Origin: Sulfurovum sp.
Lineage (GTDB): Bacteria; Campylobacterota; Campylobacteria; Campylobacterales; Sulfurovaceae
Length of the DNA: 64,000 bases
NCBI GenBank assembly: GCA_028684885.1
Contig: JAQUFB010000001.1
Location: 14,554 to 78,553 of the forward strand
Reading direction: 5' to 3'
Numbering within the stretch: position 1 is the stretch's first letter; every line of letters starts with the position of its first letter. Under the pieces are notes generated by a model, which saw nothing but the letters and a program-made list of their open reading frames with translations, was not told the origin of the DNA and did not search any database. Made by a program: the position numbers and the translations under genes. Shown one piece after another: positions 37,501 through 46,070 of the stretch.

Positions 37501-38087
37501 TTATGTTCATGGGCATGGGGGATGATCTGGGAGAACATATTGGAGATCTTCAGTGAAAGGTAGTCGATATCCGGGTTTTCAAGCAATGAGATATACTTCT
37601 CCACCCTCCGGTTCGCTTCTGCCTCGCTGTGCACGACCTCGCCGATCACATTGATATTGACCCGGGTTCCCTCTTTTCTTCTCTTTTGTATATGGCTGGA
37701 GAGAATGGGGTCTTCCCCCTGGATAACGATCGCACTGATATCATTTCTGAGATATTTGATAAAGAGGGGTATCGAGATGGAACTCACATAGATCCCTACA
37801 TCCCGGAAAAGCCAGATCAGTATCTGCTCGAATTCGGAAAAGAAGTCCGTGTTTTGATACTTCTCAAAGATATGGTCAAGCTGATCGGCAACTCTCTGGG
37901 GGTCTTTGGAGCGGAAGCTTTGGTCGAGCAGTTCGATCAGAAAGATCTTGTTGATCGGGTTTTTGAGCATCTTCAGCATCATCGCATGAAAATCCTCTTC
38001 TTTGCCCTTGCGTGAGACCTGTATCTCTTTTTGCCAGTCGTAGGCTACCTTTTTTACCCTCTGAATGATATACTCAGGCAGACTCAT
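34503..38087 (-). CDS. putA: Bifunctional proline dehydrogenase / P5C dehydrogenase
   Basis: DMEEY, RIVKGAN, AYLVRRFDEN, ISPWNFP, AETGGK, GQKCSA, ELFGP, QPFGG. Confidence 0.95.
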   Translation of the reverse strand: MSLPEYIIQRVKKVAYDWQKEIQVSRKGKEEDFHAMMLKMLKNPINKIFLIELLDQSFRSKDPQRVADQLDHIFEKYQNTDFFSEFEQILIWLFRDVGIYVSSISIPLFIKYLRNDISAIVIQGEDPILSSHIQKRRKEGTRVNINVIGEVVHSEAEANRRVEKYISLLENPDIDYLSLKISNMFSQIIPHAHEHNVAKISSQLARVYRAAKANTYTDKEGNTCHKFVNLDMEEYRDIAITIDSFKKVLSTEEFKDLHAGIVIQTYLPDAMLYIRDLAAWAKRRVESGGAPIKIRIVKGANQEMELTEASLRGWPNVTYTHKAQSDANYKIAMDYLLDPEVAPYVHTGIASHNLFDQALGMLLAKERGVEAYVSAEMLEGMSEAAYHLLKKEGLNVILYAPTATKETFTNAIAYLVRRFDENTAEQNFLRHSFGLKVDTPEWERLVQTYEDAIAFIPTLDRQPYRMQDRNREVIKEETDPASYHFRNEPDTDFVLPANRKWAEKIRDKWQHIGDAGGFSAYPVVGGKIIQRESYTEVIDKSQYHEKRLAGRYVEALPEEMKTAIATAKADPDGWRTLSPHERQKIMMDVAHELRVARADLIGIAAAEVGKVFTETDVEVSEAIDFANFYPYSVSKLSGLTGIETAGKGVGLVISPWNFPIAIPAGGIAASLAAGNTVILKPSRDAVLCGYRLCQCFWDAGISKKTLQFVPGRGSEVNEHMIPDKAIDFTILTGGEETAYRIIQSRPDIHLSAETGGKDATIVTAMADRDQALGHVMASAFHNSGQKCSATSLLVLEKELYDDETYQMQLKEAAESLHTGSVWDFSNRIGTLSSRPTGNLEKSLTYLDEREAWLVKPDFADRGNPYMLKPSVRWGTKEGDFCHMNELFGPVLSVMRAENLDHAIEIVNATGYGLTSGLESLDQREQEKWKEKIIAGNLYINRGTTGAIVVRQPFGGMRKSAIGSGKKAGGFNYVSQFMDISYQETNLYESCSTPYIDQMRTLLTRDTVFHEECEAALRHICHFAHWHEIEFLKEHDYAHIRGESNIIRYLPVKNVLLRLEEGDRLEEILTTVMAIKMIGANLHISLPEHSKQAEFLWLESKQASFIGKEDAMTRDSQEALIALMPDYQRIRFLHPENVSEDIFDRIAEQAIYIAREPFVSHGRIELMHYFIEQSISNSYHRYGNLGIQGLQFKEV

Positions 38088-38283
38088 CGTCTTTTCCTTT
38101 ATTAGAGAGATTCAAATAGTTTTTAATGTAGATGGCTTTCATAGACTCTCTCCTGCTTAAAAAAATCATACTATTTGTAACAAAAATACATATAGTGTGT
38201 CTATTTATAACATATCCAAAGTTAACTGCTTCTTGAGTATATGCTATAATATACAATAAAACAACAGATATAAAGGAGCCTCT

Positions 38284-38628
38284 TTGGCGCTGCTTGACAA
38301 CGATAAGGATGTATTGCCCCTGAGCAGTATCGCTGAACTCTTGAGTGCGAAAGTCCGCACCCTTAAAATGTATGAAGAGAAAGGTTTGCTCCCGCCCAAA
38401 GAGGTGGAGGGCAGTAAAAAGCTCTATTCGATCAATGATGTAAAAGTGGTCGCTTTCGTGCACTACCTGGCAAGTGTGCGAAAGATCAATGCCAACGGCA
38501 TCAAGTATATCATGGAGATGCTGCAGCACCATATGAATGAATCACATCGGAACGAGTTTCTGAACCAAGTGGAAACCACACTTGAATCTCTCTCCGGGAA
38601 AGATATCTCTGATATTGAAGAGATTTGA
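38284..38628 (+). CDS. MerR-family (HspR-like) transcriptional regulator
   Basis: SIAELL..KVRTLKMYEEKGLL..KKLYS helix-turn-helix; SD AAGGAG with TTG start. Confidence 0.85.
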   Translation: MALLDNDKDVLPLSSIAELLSAKVRTLKMYEEKGLLPPKEVEGSKKLYSINDVKVVAFVHYLASVRKINANGIKYIMEMLQHHMNESHRNEFLNQVETTLESLSGKDISDIEEI

Positions 38629-38742
38629 GTCTAGAGTATAAAAACACATATTATGTAAAATAACTACATCATAAGTGTATTTAATTTACATATTGAATGT
38701 AAATATTAAACATATTATCAGTATGTTTAACTATAATCATAT

Positions 38743-38915
38743 ATGAGTTTGAAGTAGATGTTTTTCTCCTTATGTAAAACCTCTTGTGCCACTGGCTTCA
38801 AACTCACCCTCCTCGATTATCTGTGCTTTTCGAAGCCAACCAATCAAAGTGGTTATTCTCCTCCGCAATCACATAGTCGCAGAATCACTGCAAAGTACTC
38901 AAATGACTCCTTAAA
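38743..38915 (+). ncRNA. Candidate structured sRNA with four CUCCU anti-Shine-Dalgarno motifs
   Basis: TATAAT at 38732-38737; 11-bp stem 38744-38754/38796-38806; UUCG hairpin 38825-38836; CTCCT at 38766, 38809, 38858 and 38907. Confidence 0.5.
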
Positions 38916-38923
38916 AAAGACGG

Positions 38924-39439
38924 CTAGATGGTTGATTGCGGTGGAATGATCTTCTCTGCTATCTTCCCCTGTATCACTGCTGCGAGTAAAATATAAAAGG
39001 TCAATATCACCGTAAAAGCGATCCCGAAATAACTCGCCATCATAGGCAGCCAGGGAACTTTGACCGATCGGGCATAGAAAAATGCGACGATCAGTCCCTC
39101 ATTGACTCCGCGCGCACGCAGATCGCTGAGGATCGGATACCAGAGATAGCCGGGTCCATGACTCAACACCCCGCCGCCGAGTGCGATCCCCCATCCTTTC
39201 AGCCCGCTCTTTCTGCCCAGATAATGGAAGATTTTTTGAGGCTGGATATAGGCAGAGAGAAGGGTCATGAGGAACAACACAATCAGCAATACAGGTGCAA
39301 TGTTTTTAAGCACAGAAAGACTCTTCATCAGCGCCTGACCGGCAGAAGCCGGATCGAAGAGTGCGGCAAGAAGATATAAAGAGATGACGATCAGCAGCAG
39401 GATGCGGCCAAAGCTTTTTTCTCTTTCTGAGACAGTCAC
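38924..39439 (-). CDS. Small permease (DUF318/ArsP-like half), subunit 2
   Basis: Hydrophobic; LSHGPGYLWYP motif; GTG start overlaps the upstream stop. Confidence 0.75.
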   Translation of the reverse strand: MTVSEREKSFGRILLLIVISLYLLAALFDPASAGQALMKSLSVLKNIAPVLLIVLFLMTLLSAYIQPQKIFHYLGRKSGLKGWGIALGGGVLSHGPGYLWYPILSDLRARGVNEGLIVAFFYARSVKVPWLPMMASYFGIAFTVILTFYILLAAVIQGKIAEKIIPPQSTI

Positions 39440-39870
39440 AGCAGCACCTCCAGCGTCCATACGGTCATCACAGAGACGAGTATTGAAAAGAGAAAGCTCA
39501 ACAGGTTTCTCACCAGCGTGAATCGCATTCCAAAGAGTGTGTACTCCATCGGCAGCTGCACCACCCCTAGGGTCACAAAAGAGAGGATAAACGCCGTGAC
39601 GGCGTAGAGCGAAAGCCCCTGCTGACTCAGCCCGCCGCCGATGATATAGCTGATAAAAGGCTGACCGACAGAGATGGCTCCGGTGACCGTCCCGATGAGC
39701 GTGTCATAGAGTGCGGAACCGGTAAAAAAGGAGTGGATCATCTCCGGTGTGATATAGGTTTGAAAAAGTCCCACCAGACCGATCACTGCCAATAACATGG
39801 GAGTCATACTGTAGAGTGTGCCTAAGGCTGCTTTGAGTGCCCGGGTCCATGTGTTTTTCTCTCTTTTCAT
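39436..39870 (-). CDS. Small permease (DUF318/ArsP-like half), subunit 1
   Basis: GAISVGQPFISY, AFILSFVTLG.VQLP.E, RN motifs. Confidence 0.75.
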   Translation of the reverse strand: MKREKNTWTRALKAALGTLYSMTPMLLAVIGLVGLFQTYITPEMIHSFFTGSALYDTLIGTVTGAISVGQPFISYIIGGGLSQQGLSLYAVTAFILSFVTLGVVQLPMEYTLFGMRFTLVRNLLSFLFSILVSVMTVWTLEVLL

Positions 39871-39929
39871 AAGACAATTATAGGCTATTTATTGCAAAAT
39901 CAAACAATAAAATTGAATGAAAAACATTT

Positions 39930-41267
39930 TTACTCCTCCAGGTCTCGCAGTCTCCTGATAAAACCGTTTTGAAGTATGCGGTTCGGGTCTTCCTGGTCCG
40001 CATAGCGCCAGAAGGCATCCCATTTGGGGTAGGTACGCTTAAAATCCCCGGTGGTAATGCGGAACTGTTTCCCCCAGTGCGGGCGTCCCCGGTATCGAAG
40101 CAGGATCGTGTCAATCTCCGTAAAGTAACGCTGATACTCGGGATGCCTGTAGTAGGGGAAGTGTATCTTGGTACCGATCCAGCAGCTGTCCATACCGTAC
40201 GAGGGGCTCATCCAGTAATTGTCACCCTTGACAAAACGTACCTCCACAGGGGTGTCTACGTAGATCCCCTTTTCTTCGATCATCGCGATCACCTCTTTGA
40301 AGACCTTGAAGGTATCTTTGATATCAAAGGCGTATTCCACGACATCCTGCTTAAGTAGATGGGGAAGGAAAAATGCCCAGTGCGCATCGTAGACACTCTC
40401 GCTGTATTCGGGAAGCAGGATGCGGCTCATCAAGCGGTTGATCCTTGGGACCAGCGAACGTCTGAACGAGGCAAAGAAGAGCAGGAACTCATGAAAAAGG
40501 TTGTTGATCAGCAGACCGGTGGTAAAGTAGGTCATAAACTTTTTGTAAGCGCTTGAGCGCGGTTTGTCGGTGCGGTTCCCCAGCCAGACCATAAAATCCT
40601 TGGTGTGCGGGACCCAGATGAACTTGAAGTGGTCATTCTCCGCCAGGAGCTGATCAAACTCCGCCTCGATTTGCTCAAAAGGCATCTTTTTCTCTACCAC
40701 TTCCAGTCTGAAGTAGGGCTCACACTGCAGCGTAATCCTGGTGATGATCCCCAGCACCCCGAGCCCCACCGCGTAGATCGCGAACGCGTCATCACTCTTC
40801 TCGATATGTTTTTTCTCCCCCGTGGGGGTAATGATCTCGAAAGCAGTGACAAAGGAGCTGAAGATGGCGTAGTTGATCCCGCTTCCGTGGTATCCTGTCG
40901 AACAGGCCCCTGCGAGGTTGTCGAAGATATTGGTACCGAGGTTGGAGAGTGAGAGTCCCGCTTTTTTCAGGCATCTGATCAGATCGGGCATCATGATCCC
41001 CGCTTCAACGGTGACCCGGTTCAGCCTTTTGTCCACTTCCAGCACCCGATCCATTACTTTGAGGGAGAGCAGGATCCCTCCCTCTTCGGGACAAAAGATA
41101 TCGTTATAGGAATCACCGCCCCCTACGACCTTGAGTCTCTTCCCATGTGCGTTGGCCTCTTTGACCAGAGCCATGATCTCCTCTTCGTTTTTTGGGTAAC
41201 GTACTTCGCTGACCTTACAGCGACAGGTCCTTGCCCAGTTGGTTTTAATGCTTCGTAATATTCTCAT
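39930..41267 (-). CDS. Aldonolactone oxidoreductase (L-gulono-/D-arabinono-1,4-lactone oxidase family, VAO-type FAD)
   Basis: NWART, P.NEEE, STGYHGSG, LGVLGII, VEVRF, RPHWGK, DPNRIL.N. Confidence 0.85.
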   Translation of the reverse strand: MRILRSIKTNWARTCRCKVSEVRYPKNEEEIMALVKEANAHGKRLKVVGGGDSYNDIFCPEEGGILLSLKVMDRVLEVDKRLNRVTVEAGIMMPDLIRCLKKAGLSLSNLGTNIFDNLAGACSTGYHGSGINYAIFSSFVTAFEIITPTGEKKHIEKSDDAFAIYAVGLGVLGIITRITLQCEPYFRLEVVEKKMPFEQIEAEFDQLLAENDHFKFIWVPHTKDFMVWLGNRTDKPRSSAYKKFMTYFTTGLLINNLFHEFLLFFASFRRSLVPRINRLMSRILLPEYSESVYDAHWAFFLPHLLKQDVVEYAFDIKDTFKVFKEVIAMIEEKGIYVDTPVEVRFVKGDNYWMSPSYGMDSCWIGTKIHFPYYRHPEYQRYFTEIDTILLRYRGRPHWGKQFRITTGDFKRTYPKWDAFWRYADQEDPNRILQNGFIRRLRDLEE

Positions 41268-41303
41268 AGGTGCAAATATACAAAGAAGCCACTTAGTATG
41301 GGA

Positions 41304-42458
41304 TTAACTTTTCAGAAGATGAAAAGAAGGAAGTGTGATATGACAGATACACCCTTTATCATTTTGAAAGCTGACCTCTCCCCCAAGTTCTTTGACTGTC
41401 AGCTTGATAAGCTCTGCACCGAGAGAATGGCTTTGTTCGAGTTTCTCCATCTCACACCCTTTGCCATTATCACGGTAGGTAAAGTGGAGTGTGTCATCTT
41501 TGAGATGGAGCGTGAGTTCTAGCATATTGTTGCTATTTGGATCAAATGCGTATTTCAGTGAGTTTGTGACAAGTTCATGGATGATGGAACCCAGCTGCTG
41601 CATCACCTGTGCATTAAAATAGAGTGTGTCGATCTTCATCTTTATCTTGATCGGCAGTTCACTCAGAGAAAGAATGGAGTCGATCAGTTCATCGACATAA
41701 TGTTCAAAGGTGATCTTCTCTTTTTCTCCTTTCCTGTAGAGGGTATCATGAATAGCGGCGATCGTCTCTATACGGGTACGGTTCTTGTCAATGAGTGATT
41801 GGATATCCTCTTCAGCATGGCGGTGCATCTGCATTCCGAACATACTATTGATGAGCGTGAGGTTATTGCGCACCCGGTGATGGATCTCACCGAGTGCCAG
41901 CTCGTGCTTAAGGTTGTTGTCAAAGAGCTCATAGTAGGCATCTACGATCGTCAGATGATAAAAAAGCCCAAAGAGGATGATAAAGCATGCACTGAGGATA
42001 TACGCGTAGATGACAGATGCCTGAAACATCTCAGACTCCACTTGCCAGACAAAGTAGGCATATAGGGAGAGTATGGTCACCGAGGTGTAGTGCAGCAGTG
42101 TCATGATGGTAGACTCTTTCAACGAGAGCGTCAGATAGGCGATCAGCGGTAGAAAAAGCGGGAAAAAGTAGCTATAGAGTGCAAACTCCTCAAAGTACAT
42201 GATCAGCTGCATCTCTACCGAATAGACGATGGAGAGTCCAAAGGTAGCAAAACGGAGATTTCGATACTTGAGATAGTGTAGCAGCAGTAGGCTGTTGATC
42301 ACTACGGCAGTGCCCTGTACGAGAGCAAAGTTGTACCGCTCATACGTCAGGTCAAAGAGGGCACTTACTGCATTGAGCACCACGGCAAAACTGAAGAGAA
42401 GATGTGCCAGAAGCGCTTTGAGGGGAAGGGATTTGAAGTATCTGACGATCGTAAGCAA
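41304..42458 (-). CDS. Membrane sensor histidine kinase, HisKA_2/HWE type
   Basis: TM helices; EIHHRVRNNL, ELVTNSLKYAF, DNGKG, LG. Confidence 0.88.
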   Translation of the reverse strand: MLTIVRYFKSLPLKALLAHLLFSFAVVLNAVSALFDLTYERYNFALVQGTAVVINSLLLLHYLKYRNLRFATFGLSIVYSVEMQLIMYFEEFALYSYFFPLFLPLIAYLTLSLKESTIMTLLHYTSVTILSLYAYFVWQVESEMFQASVIYAYILSACFIILFGLFYHLTIVDAYYELFDNNLKHELALGEIHHRVRNNLTLINSMFGMQMHRHAEEDIQSLIDKNRTRIETIAAIHDTLYRKGEKEKITFEHYVDELIDSILSLSELPIKIKMKIDTLYFNAQVMQQLGSIIHELVTNSLKYAFDPNSNNMLELTLHLKDDTLHFTYRDNGKGCEMEKLEQSHSLGAELIKLTVKELGGEVSFQNDKGCICHITLPSFHLLKS

Positions 42459-42459
42459 C

Positions 42460-43620
42460 TTAGAACCTCTGTGTCTTCAATAGGGGATCAAGGCGTATCT
42501 CATAACGGAGCCCATTGGAACACTCAATATGCATCTCTCCATTAAGATACTCTGTAGAGGCTTTGATAAAAGCCGATCCCAGTCCATTTTTGTGATTGAG
42601 CTTTTTGATATCATATCCTCTGCCGTTATCCCGGTAAACAAAACGCAGCAGATCTCCCTCTTCTTTCAGAGAGATGGTGATTTTCGGGGCAGTGGTTTGA
42701 CTGAATGCATATTTGACAGAGTTCGTTAAAAGCTCAGCCAGTATGATACCCAGGTGCTGCATGGTTTTGATGGAAAACTGGAGAGGATCGATCTCTTTTT
42801 CAAGGCTGATAGGCTGATCGCTATAGTGAAAGATATAGCTGCTTAACTCATCTACATAACTCTCAAAGTCTATCGAAGCAAAATCCTTTTGCCTGTAAAG
42901 AAGTTTATGGATCAGGGAAATCGCTTCGATACGCGTACTACTTCCGAGCATCACACTGTTCAGTGCTTGTTGGTCGGCTCCGAACTTATTGATACTCAGC
43001 ATCGAAGAGACAACATGGAGATTATTTTTGATGCGATGGTGTATTTCACTGAGTGCCAGCGCTTTTTTTTGATTGGCATCAAAAAGCATTTGATAGTTTT
43101 CAGAGATCGTCAGGTGGTATACCATGCCAAAAAGGATAATAAAAATGACGATAAAGAGATAGATCTTCAGCGGGATAAATGCAAAAGCGGCAGAGTCAAC
43201 CCCCAAAACCAGGTAGCCGTAAAGTGAAACAAGTGTCACTGCTGCGTAATGCAGCAGGATAAAGCCTGTAGACTCTTTGAAGGAGAGGATCAAGTAACTT
43301 CCGATAGGCAAAAGGATGGGAAAGAAATAGCTGCTCAGTGTAAAATCATTGAGATATAGCAGGGTAATAAAGTACAGGGAACTGGTCCCAAGCACTCCAT
43401 AGGCACTGTAGTGTATCTCTCTCTGTTTTATATAATGCAAGGTAAAATAGATCAGTGCTGTCATAAAGATAAAATGGAGTAGTGCAAATGTCACTTCATA
43501 GCGGTAGAACAGATCATACAGCCCAACGATCAACTGGTAGCTGATCACGATGGCAGCAAGAAGGTAGCTTAGTTGTTCTTTGGGAGTCAGATATCTCAAT
43601 GAAGCGAGCAGTTTATTCAT
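42460..43620 (-). CDS. Membrane sensor histidine kinase, HisKA_2/HWE type (paralog)
   Basis: TM helices; EIHHRIKNNL, ELLTNSVKYAF, DNGRG, GLG. Confidence 0.88.
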   Translation of the reverse strand: MNKLLASLRYLTPKEQLSYLLAAIVISYQLIVGLYDLFYRYEVTFALLHFIFMTALIYFTLHYIKQREIHYSAYGVLGTSSLYFITLLYLNDFTLSSYFFPILLPIGSYLILSFKESTGFILLHYAAVTLVSLYGYLVLGVDSAAFAFIPLKIYLFIVIFIILFGMVYHLTISENYQMLFDANQKKALALSEIHHRIKNNLHVVSSMLSINKFGADQQALNSVMLGSSTRIEAISLIHKLLYRQKDFASIDFESYVDELSSYIFHYSDQPISLEKEIDPLQFSIKTMQHLGIILAELLTNSVKYAFSQTTAPKITISLKEEGDLLRFVYRDNGRGYDIKKLNHKNGLGSAFIKASTEYLNGEMHIECSNGLRYEIRLDPLLKTQRF

Positions 43621-43700
43621 GCAAGTATTTTATCTCAAAATCTATTAAGAGTTAAGCGCTAAGAGGGTATAACAGATTGAATAGAGATAAGGAGTCTACC

Positions 43701-44069
43701 ATGAGTAAAGCATTGAATGTACTGGGCGAACCTCTGGAGCCATGCAGCCTGAAGCCGTTGACGGGGTTTTATAGGGACGGTACCTGTTTTTCGGATGAAC
43801 ACAATCCCGGGTATCATGCCGTCTGTATCTATGCAACAGAGGAGTTTCTGGCATACTCAAAAAAAGTGGGCAATGATCTCTCCACACCGATGCCAGAGTA
43901 CAATTTTGCCGGGGTGAAACCCGGGCAGAGCTGGTGTCTTTCTGGGCCGCGTTTTATACAGGCACTGCGCGACGGGATGGCGCCGAAGATCTTTATCCAT
44001 GCTACCCATGAGCGTATGCTTGAGTTGGTTGACCTTGAGATCCTGAAACAGTATGCAATCGATCTGTAA
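43701..44069 (+). CDS. DUF2237 family protein
   Basis: NVLGEPLEPCS..PLTGFYRDG, GNDLSTP, ATHE. Confidence 0.88.
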   Translation: MSKALNVLGEPLEPCSLKPLTGFYRDGTCFSDEHNPGYHAVCIYATEEFLAYSKKVGNDLSTPMPEYNFAGVKPGQSWCLSGPRFIQALRDGMAPKIFIHATHERMLELVDLEILKQYAIDL

Positions 44070-44081
44070 CCGGAGAAGCGT

Positions 44082-44957
44082 ATGACGAAAGAGCGTGAAG
44101 GAGAATGGTTGATGGTAGGGTCGGCACTCTTTGAGAGCTGGTTCCCTATCCTGTCGATCTCGGCGATGGCGTATGTAGGGGCGCTGCATACCTATGCCTA
44201 CTCTTTAGTGGTTGCACTGGTATTCTTTTTGCTGATCATGTACCGCAGGGAGAGATTTGGCGAGCTTCGCAATGCGCAGGCCTATCCTGACCTGCTATGG
44301 ACGACCTTCTGGATCACAGCGCTTTTTGTTCTGGTATTTATCGGGATGCGGTATACCACCGCGGGCAATATGGCGGTGATCATCTTCCTTCAGCTGCTTT
44401 TTTCCTATCTCTACTTCAATATTTTGGGAAAAGAAGAGATGCACAGGCTCCACCTTTGGGGTGCATTGGTAATGGGGACAGGGGCTGTTGTGATACTGCT
44501 CCCCGAGGATATGGCTTTCAACCGGGGGGACCTGCTGATCCTTGTGGCAGCAGCGATCGCGCCGATCGCAAACCTCTATCAAAAACGTGCCCGTACCTAC
44601 TGCTCCTCTGAGACGATCCTGGCATTCCGCACCGTCGTGGGGCTGCCTATGGTGGCGATGATGGCATGTTTTTTTGAACCTGCTGTCTCCATGGAGATGC
44701 TGAAAGATGCATTGCCCTATATCCTTCTCATCGGCACGGTGGTCTATGTCGGCTCGAAGATACTCTGGATAGAGGCACTGCATCGTACCTCGGTTACCAA
44801 GGTGAGCGCGATGATGGGGCTGATGCCTGTGATGACGCTGATATTTGCCTACTTTTATCTGGGCGAAGTGCCTCAGACGCGCCAGGTATTGGGTGTCATC
44901 CCGGTAGTCATAGGCGGCTATCTGCTGACCAGGCCGATCCCGGACACTCAGGCATAG
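44082..44957 (+). CDS. DMT/EamA family transporter
   Basis: About ten TM helices in two repeats; YTTAGN, GDLLIL. Confidence 0.85.
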   Translation: MTKEREGEWLMVGSALFESWFPILSISAMAYVGALHTYAYSLVVALVFFLLIMYRRERFGELRNAQAYPDLLWTTFWITALFVLVFIGMRYTTAGNMAVIIFLQLLFSYLYFNILGKEEMHRLHLWGALVMGTGAVVILLPEDMAFNRGDLLILVAAAIAPIANLYQKRARTYCSSETILAFRTVVGLPMVAMMACFFEPAVSMEMLKDALPYILLIGTVVYVGSKILWIEALHRTSVTKVSAMMGLMPVMTLIFAYFYLGEVPQTRQVLGVIPVVIGGYLLTRPIPDTQA

Positions 44958-44970
44958 TGTACCTGCCGGA

Positions 44971-45561
44971 CTAAGGGATAAGCGGTGTCTTTAGCGAGTA
45001 GTCGAGCGCGGCATAGCCTCTGCCGACCCTTGCAATGGCATCACACGCGATATCGATCTTCTCTTTGTCCGTGATGATTTGGTCATCCAGGTAGAGATGT
45101 TTGATCTCCACGATCACGGGTATGGTTTGAGACCCCGGCAGCGCAACCTCCTGCAGGTAGTCGCAGAAAAAAGCCACTTTGATCCCTTCGGGCATAGGGG
45201 GATACCCTTCGATCACCTCCCGTGTAGCGATACCGAATGCTTCCGCCTCGCTCTCCAAAGGCCCAAGATCCTTCGAGCTGAGATGCATCGCTTCAAAGTG
45301 TGTCTCGTCGACGATGGAGATAACGCATTTTTTTGTATCCCGGAGGTTTCTCAGGGTATCTTTCGGTGTGCCGTCGGGCCGGTGCCCGATCGAGACGATC
45401 AGGGTCGGAGGCTCGGAAGAGAGCGGGGTAAAGTAGGAGAAGGGTGCCAGGTTGAGCACCTCTCCCTGGGTAGCGATCCATGCGATAGGGCGCGGGACCA
45501 CGCTTTTTGCCATCAAAAAGTATCTTTCTGCGGCGGTTTTCTCCTTGAAATCGATGACCAT
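44971..45561 (-). CDS. Flavin reductase family protein
   Basis: VPRPIAW, NLAPFSYF, KDTLRN. Confidence 0.88.
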   Translation of the reverse strand: MVIDFKEKTAAERYFLMAKSVVPRPIAWIATQGEVLNLAPFSYFTPLSSEPPTLIVSIGHRPDGTPKDTLRNLRDTKKCVISIVDETHFEAMHLSSKDLGPLESEAEAFGIATREVIEGYPPMPEGIKVAFFCDYLQEVALPGSQTIPVIVEIKHLYLDDQIITDKEKIDIACDAIARVGRGYAALDYSLKTPLIP

Positions 45562-45572
45562 CTCTGCTCCTT

Positions 45573-46037
45573 TTATAGTCGGTTATTTTCTATCTGTGCC
45601 AAGATATCCTCTACGCAGCACTCTACCATCTCAAAGACCTTTTCAAATCCCTCAAAGCCTTTGAAGTAGTAGGGATCGGGCACATCCGCACCCCGGTAGC
45701 CTCCGAACTCTCCGAGTCTGTAGACCTTCTCAAAGCCGAAAGCCTGCAGGTCCGTCTGGTTCTGGGTATCCATGGCAATCACATAGTCAAATGCAGTGAT
45801 ATCCGCTCTGGTGACAGGACGCGAGCGCTGTTGCGAGATATCGATGCCGTAGTTTTGCGCTACTTTGACAGAGTTATGACAGGGGGCTTCCCCCTCATGC
45901 CAGCTGCTTGTCCCTGCCGATTCCGCGTAGAGCGGAAGCCCCTTCTTCTCGATATGTTTTTGTGCGATCCCCTCAGCCAGGGGAGACCTGCAGATATTGC
46001 CCAGACAGACAAAGAGAATTTTTTTATCACTTTGCAT
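45573..46037 (-). CDS. Low molecular weight protein-tyrosine phosphatase
   Basis: FVCLGNICRSPLAE and VPDPYY. Confidence 0.92.
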   Translation of the reverse strand: MQSDKKILFVCLGNICRSPLAEGIAQKHIEKKGLPLYAESAGTSSWHEGEAPCHNSVKVAQNYGIDISQQRSRPVTRADITAFDYVIAMDTQNQTDLQAFGFEKVYRLGEFGGYRGADVPDPYYFKGFEGFEKVFEMVECCVEDILAQIENNRL

Positions 46038-46070
46038 CGCGTGCCTTTTTGAATTGAATTGTAATCCTTC

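Noticed and set aside
38758-38949. 63-aa ORF
   Set aside because: No SD, no recognisable protein features; the region is better explained as structured RNA
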